Part shown: in pieces, positions 1 to 8,991 of the stretch | How positions within the stretch are numbered: the first letter of the stretch is position 1 | Layout: the number at the start of each line of letters is the position of its first letter | Virus record (IMG/VR): IMGVR_UViG_3300021431_000080 | Span: 68,460 to 132,459 of that record | Reading direction: 5' to 3' (one strand) | Origin: a virus | Lineage: Duplodnaviria; Heunggongvirae; Uroviricota; Caudoviricetes | Length of the DNA: 64,000 bases | Notes under the pieces: generated by a model | Told to the model about the DNA's origin: nothing | The model's database searches: none | The model's input: the letters and a program-made list of their open reading frames with translations, nothing else | Translations under genes and position numbers: made by a program

Positions 1-35
1 TATTTCTAAAAACAAAAATTAAAATAAAACAAAAA

Positions 36-1934
36 ATGGCAAGTAACAAAATTATTGGTATCGACCTTGGAAGCACTATGAGTGCTGTGGCTGTCGTGGA
101 GGGAGGAACTCCGCACATTATCGTGAACAGCGAAGGTGAGCGTACAACCCCTTCGGTAATCGGTTATGGGAAGGACGGTGAAATCCGTGTTGGTAGTTCA
201 GCCAAGAGACGCTCGGTTGTAGACGCTAAGTCCACCGTGGAAGTCATCAAGAGATTTATCGGTAATTCCTACAAAAAGACTGCTAAGTATGACAAGGATT
301 TCGCATACGACATTGTCGAGGGTCCGAATGACTCAGTCCGTGTGAACATTGACGGAAAGACCTACACTCCGCAGGAGATTTCCGCAGAGGTTCTCCGCAA
401 GCTGAAGAAAGCGGCTGAAGATTATCTCGGTGAGGAAGTAGATAAGGCTGTCATCACCGTGCCTGCGTACTTCGATGATCAGCAGCGTACCGCCACAATG
501 GAGGCTGCCAAGATTGCTGGACTTGATTGCAAGCGTATCATCAACGAACCTACCGCAGCAGCTCTTGCTTTCGGTCTCGACAAACTCGACAAGGACATGA
601 AGATTCTTGTTCTTGACATAGGTGGTTCAACTGCCGATGTGTCGATTCTTGAACTTGGTTCCGGTGTGTTCGAGGTCGTGAGCACACAGGGTGATATGGT
701 TCTCGGTGGTAGGGATCTTGACAAACTCATCACTGACTGGGTTGTCGAGGATGTGAAGAAACAGACTGGCACGGATGTGTCGAAGGATCCCATCGCTTTC
801 CAGCGCGTCATTGAGGCTTCGGAAAAGGCAAAGATTGATCTGTCGAATGCTGTATCGACCGACTTCAACCTTCCTTACCTGAGCATGGATAACGGAACTC
901 CAGTTCACTATACTGGAAAACTTTCGAGAGCCCAGTTCGAGAACATGATGGACGAGTTCATGAACAAGGTGAAGAACTTGTGTATCGGTGCCCTCAACGC
1001 AGCCAAGATGAACACTTCAGATATCGACGAGGTTCTGCTCGTCGGTGGTACAACACGTGTACCGAAAGTTCAGGAGTTCGTCAAGAGCTACTTCGGAAAG
1101 GAGCCCAACAAGAGCGTGAACCCAGACGAAGCTGTCGCTCTCGGCGCTGCTGTCCAAGGCAGTATTCTCGCAGGTGAGATGGGAAGTGACATTGTTCTTC
1201 TCGACGTGACTCCTCTCAACCTCAATATCACAACTGTCGGCGGTGTGGCCACCACTATGATTGAGGCTAACACCACCATCCCAGTTTCCCGTGAGCAGAT
1301 TTTCTCGACCGCTGAGGACAACCAGACAGCCATCACGGTAATCGTCACTCAGGGAAATCGCAAGATTGCCGCTGAGAACAAGCAGCTTGGTGTGTTCAAT
1401 CTCGACGGCATCGCTCCTGCAAGAAGAGGTGTTCCGCAGCTGAAGGTCAAGTTTGATCTTGACTCCAACGGTGTGCTTTCTGTGACCGCCACAGATACTG
1501 CTACAGGAAAGGATCAGTCAATCCGTATTGAGGGATCGTCAAACCTCAGCGACGATGAACTCGACAGAATGCGCAAGGACGCTGAAGCCCATGCAAAGGA
1601 GGATCAGGAGAAAGTTGAGCGTCAGACAAAACTCAACATGGCTGAGAGTTTGATGAATTCTGCCGAGAAGCAACTTGAGGAAGTGGGTGACAAGGTGTCA
1701 GAAGAACTCAAGAACGAGGTCAAGGACAAAATCGAGGCACTCAAGCTCGTGTACAATGTGAACGATTCCGACCGTGACATGGATTCCATAGAGGCTGCAA
1801 CCAAGGATCTGCAGGAAGCGACATGGAAGGTTTCTGAGGAAATCTACAAGAAGGAGAATCCAGACGCTTCTACGGGAGGATTCGATCCCAACATGTTCAC
1901 CCAGTTCGCCCAAGGAGGCTTCACAGGAAAATAA
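36..1934 (+). CDS. dnaK: Molecular chaperone DnaK (Hsp70), full length
   Basis: 632-aa ORF beginning MASNKIIGIDLGST, with Hsp70 signatures (IINEPTAAALAFG, DLGGGTFD-like region, substrate-binding domain and C-terminal lid). GC-rich relative to surroundings (many spurious antisense ORFs). Confidence 0.9.
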   Translation: MASNKIIGIDLGSTMSAVAVVEGGTPHIIVNSEGERTTPSVIGYGKDGEIRVGSSAKRRSVVDAKSTVEVIKRFIGNSYKKTAKYDKDFAYDIVEGPNDSVRVNIDGKTYTPQEISAEVLRKLKKAAEDYLGEEVDKAVITVPAYFDDQQRTATMEAAKIAGLDCKRIINEPTAAALAFGLDKLDKDMKILVLDIGGSTADVSILELGSGVFEVVSTQGDMVLGGRDLDKLITDWVVEDVKKQTGTDVSKDPIAFQRVIEASEKAKIDLSNAVSTDFNLPYLSMDNGTPVHYTGKLSRAQFENMMDEFMNKVKNLCIGALNAAKMNTSDIDEVLLVGGTTRVPKVQEFVKSYFGKEPNKSVNPDEAVALGAAVQGSILAGEMGSDIVLLDVTPLNLNITTVGGVATTMIEANTTIPVSREQIFSTAEDNQTAITVIVTQGNRKIAAENKQLGVFNLDGIAPARRGVPQLKVKFDLDSNGVLSVTATDTATGKDQSIRIEGSSNLSDDELDRMRKDAEAHAKEDQEKVERQTKLNMAESLMNSAEKQLEEVGDKVSEELKNEVKDKIEALKLVYNVNDSDRDMDSIEAATKDLQEATWKVSEEIYKKENPDASTGGFDPNMFTQFAQGGFTGK

Positions 1935-1945
1935 ACAAACAACGA

Positions 1946-1979
1946 AAGTGGGTGTCTTTCATCAGATACCCGCTTTCTA
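1946..1979 (+). terminator. Imperfect hairpin after dnaK, possible terminator
   Basis: AAAGTGGGTGTCT..AGATACCCGCTTTC inverted repeat directly after the TAA stop. Confidence 0.3.
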
Positions 1980-2136
1980 ATTTCATTTGTCTAATGGATA
2001 AGAATTCTAAATTACAGTTGCGGCTTCTGGTTGTCTCAATGTTGTTGATGGCGACAGGAGTCGTCTTGTTCCTTTATCTTCCCGCAGGATCTATTGTGCC
2101 TCTGTTCCCGACAGTCGCCTCGATAGGCTGGTTGTT

Positions 2137-2430
2137 GTGGATTTCAAAACTACAGGAAACCAAACCATGAATTTCTTTTTGTGGATCAAATTGATTTGGC
2201 AGGGATGGACAAATATGATACTTGACCTCATATCTGATGTCAAATACAAAAAATATTTTGACGCGAGGTATGGGATATGCAAGGTGTGTGAACACAACAA
2301 GCTAGGTATATGTGATATCTGTGGATGTGTCTTGAAGGCTAAGACGATGTCGGAGGATTCTGAATGCCCAGAAGGGAAATGGAAAACGATTCCAGAAACA
2401 CTGGAGGAAGAAAAAAGGAAGGTTGATTGA
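2137..2430 (+). CDS. Small Cys-rich hypothetical protein
   Basis: 97-aa ORF with a CxxC...CxxC cluster (KVCEHNKLGICDICGC). Confidence 0.3.
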   Translation: MDFKTTGNQTMNFFLWIKLIWQGWTNMILDLISDVKYKKYFDARYGICKVCEHNKLGICDICGCVLKAKTMSEDSECPEGKWKTIPETLEEEKRKVD

Positions 2431-2438
2431 CCTTCCTT

Positions 2439-3218
2439 TTATTTTATCAGGTATTTGTCTGAGTATTCAATAATTCCTTGCAGATGAATCTCCGCTATAG
2501 CTTCCTTCCCTGTATCGCTTAACAGGAACTCAGTATCCTTTATATTAGTGTAGAATAGGTTTTCAGTCAGGACAGCTGGCATGTTCGCCACATAGATCAC
2601 GGTGAAGTTTTCCTCGTAGTCCCTGTCTCCGTCTGGTAACTTCTCAGTCCTTATTGTCATGTTGTGTTTCGGTAGTATCTTCTCCGCAGCGTTGTACAGG
2701 CAGTCGGCTAACTTGTCGGAGTTGTTCTGTCCTTTTGTAGTCCATGCACTCCAGCCTCTTGCGCTGTTCCACGACTCCCCTTTTCCGAATGCGTTTGAAT
2801 GTATAGATATGAACAGGTGTTTCATGCTAGGATTCTTTCCCTTGACAATGTTAGCCCTGTTTGCCCTTACTGTGAGTTTGATGTCTTCGTCCAGCTCATG
2901 GCAAACCATGTTCACCTTGAATCCATTTGATTCGAGTTTCTCTTTCAGTATTGAGGCAACTTCCCTGTTGAACTTGTATTCGTAGAAATCAAGTTCAGGT
3001 GGGACTTTGTTGGCTGCATACGGGGATCTCTTCCCCTTTGTCGACGAAGCGTGCCCGTTGTCGATATGCACCATGATGTTGGAATAATCGTTCATCTCTA
3101 TATCTGGTTCTGGTTCGTTTTGTTCAATGATTTCATTTGTTGTATCATCCTTTGTATCAATAGTTACAACATGTTTGTTGAACAAAGATATGATCCATTC
3201 TATGATTGTTTTCAGCAT
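2439..3218 (-). CDS. N-acetylmuramoyl-L-alanine amidase (Amidase_3-like endolysin)
   Basis: 259-aa ORF with VHIDNGHASS and ISIHSNA motifs, as in zinc amidase_3 cell-wall hydrolases. Confidence 0.55.
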   Translation of the reverse strand: MLKTIIEWIISLFNKHVVTIDTKDDTTNEIIEQNEPEPDIEMNDYSNIMVHIDNGHASSTKGKRSPYAANKVPPELDFYEYKFNREVASILKEKLESNGFKVNMVCHELDEDIKLTVRANRANIVKGKNPSMKHLFISIHSNAFGKGESWNSARGWSAWTTKGQNNSDKLADCLYNAAEKILPKHNMTIRTEKLPDGDRDYEENFTVIYVANMPAVLTENLFYTNIKDTEFLLSDTGKEAIAEIHLQGIIEYSDKYLIK

Positions 3219-3263
3219 TGTATTTTCAGACTTTCTTTATTTATTGTAATTTTAGCGAGAAAA

Positions 3264-3286
3264 CCCAAAGGTCTTTAGCCTTTGGG
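3264..3286. mobile_element. IS200/IS605 left-end subterminal hairpin
   Basis: Perfect palindrome CCCAAAGG-TCTTTAG-CCTTTGGG. It has the same 7-nt loop as the hairpin at 4952-4974. Confidence 0.55.
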
Positions 3287-3311
3287 ATGAATCGCCACTA
3301 ACCTTGATTCT

Positions 3312-3656
3312 CTATGTACTTACGAATAGTATCAGGATTTGCTTCTCCGATTGAACAAACAAAATATCCATCACTCCAAAACGTATGTTCTTTCCAAAAT
3401 TTTTTAGAAAACTATAATAATGTAACCATAGGTGATGTGCACTTTCTTGTTTCAGTTTTCTTACAATGGATGTAACAGAAATATTTGGTGGGTATGCTAT
3501 TAGTAAATGCATGTGGTCTTTGTCTGTCTCCATTATATCAATTGAGAAGTCCGATGATTCTGAAATCTTTTGAAACAATTGTTTGACTACTATATCAAGA
3601 CCATATTGTAGAAGTTGTTTTCTGTACTTACAAACAAAAATTAAGTGACATTTCAA
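3312..3656 (-). CDS. tnpA: IS200-like TnpA (Y1 HUH transposase), possibly C-terminally truncated
   Basis: 114-aa ORF with MKCHLIFVCKYRKQLL and HUH motif DHMHLL. The C-terminal Tyr region looks shortened. Divergent to tnpB, as in IS605. Confidence 0.55.
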   Translation of the reverse strand: MKCHLIFVCKYRKQLLQYGLDIVVKQLFQKISESSDFSIDIMETDKDHMHLLIAYPPNISVTSIVRKLKQESAHHLWLHYYSFLKNFGKNIRFGVMDILFVQSEKQILILFVST

Positions 3657-3780
3657 ATAATATTTGTGTTTTTTTAGATGTGTAATTGCTCATACGTAAA
3701 ATTATTTTAGAAATTGCTTTACAAATATAAAATAATTTTGTAAATTTGCAAATAAATAATTATAGAAATTTGATTATATA

Positions 3781-4977
3781 GTGAAGACAATATACAGGAC
3801 ATATAAGTTTAGAATGTATCCGAATGCAGAGCAACAAGAATTGTTGAGCAAGTATTTTGGGTGTGTTCGTTTTGTATATAATCATTTTCTAAATGAACGA
3901 AAGGAACAGTATAGAGAAACACAGAAATCCGACAATTATTATGAGCAGGCGAAGAAGTTGACTCTTCTAAAAAAACAAGAAGAATATTCTTGGTTGAAGG
4001 AAATCAACAGTCAGACACTTCAACACAGTTTAAGACATCTTGAATCAGCATACATCAATTTCTTTAGGGGAAATGCGAAATTTCCAAGATTCAAGTCAAA
4101 GAAAGATAGAAATTCCTTTGTTGTTCCACAGTTCTGTTCTATTGACTGTAATTCAATATCGTTACCTAAATTCAAATCTAACATAAAAATCAAGAAGCAT
4201 TGTGAAGTTAATGGTAATGTTCACTCTATGACAATATCAAAAGATTGTGATGGAAAGTACTATGTAGCAATTCTAACGGAACAACAATATAAACCTATAG
4301 AAAAAACTAACAAATCTGTTGGGATAGATTTAGGACTGAAAGATTTTGTCATAACATCTGATGGAAAGGTATATAAGAATCATAGATACACAAAGAAATA
4401 TGAAAGAAAATTAAGTAAGGCACAAAAGCATCTTTCTCGTAAACACAAAGACAGCAATTCTTATGAAAACCAAAGAAGAAAAGTTGTCAAGATTCACAAG
4501 AAGATTGTAAATTCAAGAAATGATATGTTGCATAAGGTTTCAACGGAACTTGTCAAAAATTACGACGTAATTTGTTGTGAGAACCTTAATGTGAAAGGAA
4601 TGATTAAGAACCATAAACTTGCAAAGCATATTGCAGATGTAAGTCGGGGAACTTTCATAAACTTTCTTGAATACAAATGCAATAGAGAAGATAAGACTTT
4701 GGTGAAAATAAACAGATACTTTCCAAGTTCACAGACTTGTAGTGAATGTGGATATATCAACCAAAACACTAAAGACTTGAGTGTACGGGAATGGACTTGT
4801 CCTAATTGTGGTAAACGCCACAACAGGGACTTGAATGCTTCAATCAATATCCTCAGAGAAGGATTGAAATCTCTATCGGCAGGGACTGTCGATTACACAG
4901 GTGGAGATGATGTAAGACTTGCTTGCAAGCAATTGTCTATGAAGCCTGAAGCCCACAAATCTTTAGTTTGTGGGTAG
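3781..4977 (+). CDS. tnpB: TnpB (IS200/IS605 OrfB, RuvC-like RNA-guided nuclease family)
   Basis: 398-aa ORF with an OrfB_IS605 N-terminus, a C-terminal zinc finger CSECG...CPNCG and a RuvC-III motif DLNASINIL. TAG stop at 4975. Confidence 0.85.
   Translation: MKTIYRTYKFRMYPNAEQQELLSKYFGCVRFVYNHFLNERKEQYRETQKSDNYYEQAKKLTLLKKQEEYSWLKEINSQTLQHSLRHLESAYINFFRGNAKFPRFKSKKDRNSFVVPQFCSIDCNSISLPKFKSNIKIKKHCEVNGNVHSMTISKDCDGKYYVAILTEQQYKPIEKTNKSVGIDLGLKDFVITSDGKVYKNHRYTKKYERKLSKAQKHLSRKHKDSNSYENQRRKVVKIHKKIVNSRNDMLHKVSTELVKNYDVICCENLNVKGMIKNHKLAKHIADVSRGTFINFLEYKCNREDKTLVKINRYFPSSQTCSECGYINQNTKDLSVREWTCPNCGKRHNRDLNASINILREGLKSLSAGTVDYTGGDDVRLACKQLSMKPEAHKSLVCG
4952..4974. mobile_element. IS200/IS605 right-end subterminal hairpin, overlapping the tnpB 3' end
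   Basis: Palindrome CCCACAAA-TCTTTAG-TTTGTGGG with the same loop as the left-end hairpin. Defines the IS boundaries at about 3260-4980. Confidence 0.55.
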
Positions 4978-4992
4978 TTCACTTGGAGAAAA

Positions 4993-5012
4993 TCAGTATC
5001 TTTGCAGTAAAT
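4993..5012 (+). promoter_or_regulatory. Conserved promoter motif copy (ATCAGTATCTTTGCAGTAAA)
   Basis: Matches the Bacteroidetes -7 element TAnnTTTG. Tandem with the copy at 5057. Confidence 0.5.
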
Positions 5013-5056
5013 AAAAAGTATGTTGAAATGCACGAAATTTTAATTTCTCGAAAAAT

Positions 5057-5076
5057 ATCAGTATCTTTGCAGTAAA
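5057..5076 (+). promoter_or_regulatory. Conserved promoter motif copy
   Basis: ATCAGTATCTTTGCAGTAAA lies 16 nt upstream of the ATG at 5092. It is preceded by the ~45-nt repeat also seen at 8703. Confidence 0.55.
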
Positions 5077-5091
5077 TAAAACTTGTTAGAG

Positions 5092-5724
5092 ATGAATGTA
5101 GTAAAGAGAAATTTAGGAAAACTGAACAGAATCAGCAAAGAACGAATCGAAGAGACTCTGAAAACATCGGACAATATCCTCGTATGTATACCTTACATGA
5201 AGCAGGACAATGTCAACAAGGCTTTGTTTGAGGGAAAGAATAACTTTCACAAAGTGCTGGTTGCAGCGTCTCTTGAAGACTGTGATTTCAGGGATTCGAT
5301 TGTCGGGGCAAAGGATAAATCATCATGTTATACTCTGGATGTCCCCGCCATGTCGGAATTCGTCAATATGATGCCGTCAAATATCGACAGTTACCGATGC
5401 ACAACCACTGTTGACATAAGCGAGTTCCCTGTGTATGAGCTGACTCCAGAACTGATGAATGTGATGATGAAGTGTTCATGTGACATCCTGATAGATGACG
5501 ATGAGTGTGCATACATCGAAATCGAAGAGTACGGCGATGTGTATGTTCTAGTAGGAAAAAGACGCACATACAAGGGAAAGTCCCACAAGAACGACAACGA
5601 GGTGAACGGTGTGTTCTGTGAGGAGGAAGATGCCAAGAAGATGGGTGACATGTTGAAAGGATATGGTCGCCTGAACGACATTGAGTATACAGGATACGAG
5701 ATTAAGAATTTCCTTGTGATGTAA
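5092..5724 (+). CDS. Hypothetical protein
   Basis: ORF in the frame of the 5083 track entry; the first ATG is at 5092, just downstream of the promoter motif. Confidence 0.4.
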   Translation: MNVVKRNLGKLNRISKERIEETLKTSDNILVCIPYMKQDNVNKALFEGKNNFHKVLVAASLEDCDFRDSIVGAKDKSSCYTLDVPAMSEFVNMMPSNIDSYRCTTTVDISEFPVYELTPELMNVMMKCSCDILIDDDECAYIEIEEYGDVYVLVGKRRTYKGKSHKNDNEVNGVFCEEEDAKKMGDMLKGYGRLNDIEYTGYEIKNFLVM

Positions 5725-6302
5725 TGAGCGTAGATTGTGTTTCAAGACCTCCCGATTTCGGGAATGATCTGTGTACATATGGGAAAATCGGGGAACGGTT
5801 TTTCCTTGGTGTGCACGGGAGACAGATGTACGACAACGGATACGATGTGTACGATGTGTCATCTATTCCTTTTTGGCAACATATAGATGTCGATTTTGTT
5901 GTGGCTAAGAAAGGAAGTGAACTCAAAAATGATTGGGAATGTGTTGATAATGAAGAATTTACAAAAATAGAAGTCAAAGTTGACACAAGAGCCCACGAGA
6001 CTGGGAATATTCCATATGAGGTTATAAGCCACGGAAATTTCGGATGGTCTATCAACACTTATGCCGACAAAGTATTCTTCATAGTGTGTAAGGACGGTAT
6101 TGTTGACGGCAAGCTGTATGCCTATACGGAATACCTGATTGACATGAAGAGATGGAAGGAATTCGCTTCATACGGAAACAATTCGTTCAGGAGACCGAAC
6201 TGTATAAGGAACGAGGAGATATATGATTTCCTTCATAAAATAGATGATCTGAAGAAGTCGAAAGTCATTATCGCTGAACAGACTATAAACAATTGGATAT
6301 AG
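5724..6302 (+). CDS. Hypothetical protein
   Basis: 192-aa ORF whose start overlaps the upstream stop. TAG stop. Confidence 0.4.
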   Translation: MSVDCVSRPPDFGNDLCTYGKIGERFFLGVHGRQMYDNGYDVYDVSSIPFWQHIDVDFVVAKKGSELKNDWECVDNEEFTKIEVKVDTRAHETGNIPYEVISHGNFGWSINTYADKVFFIVCKDGIVDGKLYAYTEYLIDMKRWKEFASYGNNSFRRPNCIRNEEIYDFLHKIDDLKKSKVIIAEQTINNWI

Positions 6303-6332
6303 ATAAATAAAGCAAACTTCATGTTTGCTTGA

Positions 6333-7682
6333 ATGGACAAGTTCTCAGAGATAACAAAGATAGATACAAACAATGTTCCCAGCAATTTCGGGGATATACC
6401 GATTCTTTTGAATAAGGAGTCGGTTTCTTATTTCTCGAATTACGAGGGAATCAGACCGATATGGATCAAGAATGTATACGGAGAGGTATATGAGGTGACA
6501 AATTCACAGATTCAAGCGAAAGGTGTCATATGTGTGGAAAATAGGAGTTCGATTTACCACAAGTATGAAGAGGATGACATAAAGATGCTTCTTTCTGCTT
6601 ATATAATATATGTTGAGTCTGATGCAAGCGTGTGTAGCAGCTGCCATACTGTAAATCCTTTCTTTGATGTGGATTCGTCGAGATGGACATGTTCACATTG
6701 CGGGAATATAAACCAAGCGTGGAAATATACGGAAACCAAGTCTGATGTCCCTTCTTCCGCAACGATTATATATGATACTCCGTTCAAGGGGATGAATTAC
6801 ATAAACGCTGAATTCCTTCCAGATTACATATGCACGGACAAGATGTACATCAATAAGAACGAGATATTGGAGGTTGAATTCTATTCTTATGGAGAAGGGG
6901 TTGACAATCCTGTAAATCCGCTTATTGTGTCAAGGAATTTGAAAGGTGCCGCGTATTCGTTTTACCCGTCTCAGATTGGTGCTCTGTCGAAAATAACAAT
7001 GAAGGACGGGAGAACCATATTCACTCCATACACGAAGTCACAGTTGAACTGGGTGTTGAACTCTGTGTATAGTCTTGAATATCTTCGTTTTGAAAGGTTG
7101 ATGGGTGAGATTGACCTCTCGAATGGAAAGAAGATGAAGAGCATAGACACAAGCTTGCATATACTTGAAATGATGGATTCAAGCATAAGGAAACTTGACG
7201 CTTGTTTGTTCCTGCTTGATTCTAGCTATAGTGTATTACGAAAGAAGTTCACGAAGCTCGATTCGAGCTACATGTTGATGGATTCTAGCTTGTTCCTGCT
7301 CGACTCCAGCTACAGTGTGCTGCGAAACAAATGTACAAAGCTTGATTCAAGTTACACGAAACTCGACACCAGCTTATACTTGCTCGACACCAGCTTCTCA
7401 TTGATTGATTCGAGTGTCAGGAGAATCGATGCAAGCCTGCTTGTCATAGACTCAAGTTGCATAAGACTTGATTCGAGTATAAGGAAACTCGATTCTTGTA
7501 TGTTTGATCTTGATATTGGATTCAGGAGACTTGATACCAGCTTATTGGCTCTGGATGCAAGTGTCAGAAAGATAGGTGCAAGTGTCAGAAAGATAGACTC
7601 TAGTATCAGGCTGCTTGATGCGTGTATCTACAACATCGAAGTCGGATATTATCAACAATTACAGGAACCGAATGATCCTTAA
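6333..7682 (+). CDS. Zinc-ribbon protein with a long C-terminal heptad (LDSSxxx) repeat array
   Basis: 449 aa. N-terminal CSSCH...CSHCG zinc ribbon. C-terminal ~170 aa made of ~25 tandem 7-residue units (xLDSSxx / KLDSSYx), encoded by 21-bp DNA repeats at ~7140-7640. Confidence 0.55.
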   Translation: MDKFSEITKIDTNNVPSNFGDIPILLNKESVSYFSNYEGIRPIWIKNVYGEVYEVTNSQIQAKGVICVENRSSIYHKYEEDDIKMLLSAYIIYVESDASVCSSCHTVNPFFDVDSSRWTCSHCGNINQAWKYTETKSDVPSSATIIYDTPFKGMNYINAEFLPDYICTDKMYINKNEILEVEFYSYGEGVDNPVNPLIVSRNLKGAAYSFYPSQIGALSKITMKDGRTIFTPYTKSQLNWVLNSVYSLEYLRFERLMGEIDLSNGKKMKSIDTSLHILEMMDSSIRKLDACLFLLDSSYSVLRKKFTKLDSSYMLMDSSLFLLDSSYSVLRNKCTKLDSSYTKLDTSLYLLDTSFSLIDSSVRRIDASLLVIDSSCIRLDSSIRKLDSCMFDLDIGFRRLDTSLLALDASVRKIGASVRKIDSSIRLLDACIYNIEVGYYQQLQEPNDP

Positions 7683-7712
7683 TTTGTTTTTCTCGATTTT
7701 TATCAGTATCTT

Positions 7713-7732
7713 TGCAGTAAAAGATATAATAG
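7713..7732 (+). promoter_or_regulatory. Conserved promoter motif copy
   Basis: TTTG...20 nt...TATCTTTGCAG, with the ATG at 7734. Confidence 0.55.
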
Positions 7733-7733
7733 T

Positions 7734-8720
7734 ATGGTAAGATCTGTGACTTTCCCAGAGAACGGAACTGGGTACATATATGAAAAGGTAGAGAAGCCGA
7801 CAAAGCCTTTAAAGACTGATCCTCGGTATTATAACCATCAGGACAGGTATGAGTCCGACAACGAGGAGTACAAGAAGGAGATGGCTTACTACAGGAAGAA
7901 CAAAGGGAAATATATCCTGAAGTGTTCCGAGAACCTTGTAGGGAAGACTTTCTCTTTCGAGGACAAGAAAATCAACATGATATTCGGTCCAAATGGATCT
8001 GGAAAGACTACTATAATAAAAGCCATCGCCGGGCAGATGATGTGTGCAGATGGGTTCACTTCTTTCTGCGAGCCGTTGGAGTTCGGTTGTTTCAGAAGGC
8101 ATAGGACTATCGAGGAGATAATAGAGAAGAAGAAAAGGAATACGTCTGTTGTGGATATGGACGTTGTTCCTGTCTATTATGACAATTTCGAGTACACGAG
8201 AACGCATTCTACAGGTTATCTTGGTGACATGATGGGATCCATCATAAACAACATAGGCGACGAGCTCGCCTACATGATGAATTCAAATAAGATATCATCT
8301 GGTCAACATTCTCTGTTTGTTCTGAACAGGATAATAGAGATAGCGAAGAAGGAGGTTTCCATGGATGATATTGTGAACGTCGGGTTGTACAGATTCTTCC
8401 ATGGAAACTCAACGTGGCAAGATGCAGGAAAATATCAGAAGGATTACTTTAGCAAGCTTGAGAACTACAAGAAAAAGTCCCACCCCGTGCTTCTTTTCGA
8501 CGAGATAGACAAGTCACTTGACATAGAAGCTGTCTGGACATTGTACACGGATTTCTTCCCAAAGGTTATAGAGAAGTGGGGGAACCAGATAATAATGGTC
8601 AGTCACAATCCTCTTATTCTATCGGAAAATATTTTCAACAATGACAAATACAATATAATATCGGTGGATCCTTGCTACACAGATCATGTAAAAAGCATGT
8701 TGAAAGGTACGAAATTTTAA
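7734..8720 (+). CDS. ABC-type (SMC/RecF-like) ATPase
   Basis: 328 aa with Walker A FGPNGSGKTT, a signature-like SSGQ, Walker B LLFDEID and an H-loop SHN. Confidence 0.55.
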   Translation: MVRSVTFPENGTGYIYEKVEKPTKPLKTDPRYYNHQDRYESDNEEYKKEMAYYRKNKGKYILKCSENLVGKTFSFEDKKINMIFGPNGSGKTTIIKAIAGQMMCADGFTSFCEPLEFGCFRRHRTIEEIIEKKKRNTSVVDMDVVPVYYDNFEYTRTHSTGYLGDMMGSIINNIGDELAYMMNSNKISSGQHSLFVLNRIIEIAKKEVSMDDIVNVGLYRFFHGNSTWQDAGKYQKDYFSKLENYKKKSHPVLLFDEIDKSLDIEAVWTLYTDFFPKVIEKWGNQIIMVSHNPLILSENIFNNDKYNIISVDPCYTDHVKSMLKGTKF

Positions 8721-8743
8721 TTTCTCGAAAAATATCAGTATCT

Positions 8744-8763
8744 TTGCAGAAAGAAAACTAAAT
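8744..8763 (+). promoter_or_regulatory. Conserved promoter motif copy
   Basis: ATCAGTATCTTTGCAG. Upstream 45 nt is nearly identical to 5031-5075. Confidence 0.5.
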
Positions 8764-8772
8764 CAAAATAAG

Positions 8773-8979
8773 ATGAAAGCAACAGAAATTATTCAGTTTT
8801 TGACCACAGCGGTGGATCACCACGGTGATTTTTCCGTCGACATCAATAATATGGACGGAATCTACCAGTCAATCAAGGACATCAAAATGAGGCATTGGGA
8901 CGACAATGATGGAAACCACCATCTTGTCGCTGAGATTATCCCCGCCGAGAAGTATGATCCGAAAGAGTCAATCAAATAA
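8773..8979 (+). CDS. Hypothetical small protein
   Basis: 68-aa ORF after a promoter motif. Confidence 0.3.
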   Translation: MKATEIIQFLTTAVDHHGDFSVDINNMDGIYQSIKDIKMRHWDDNDGNHHLVAEIIPAEKYDPKESIK

Positions 8980-8991
8980 ATTCTGGCAGAG

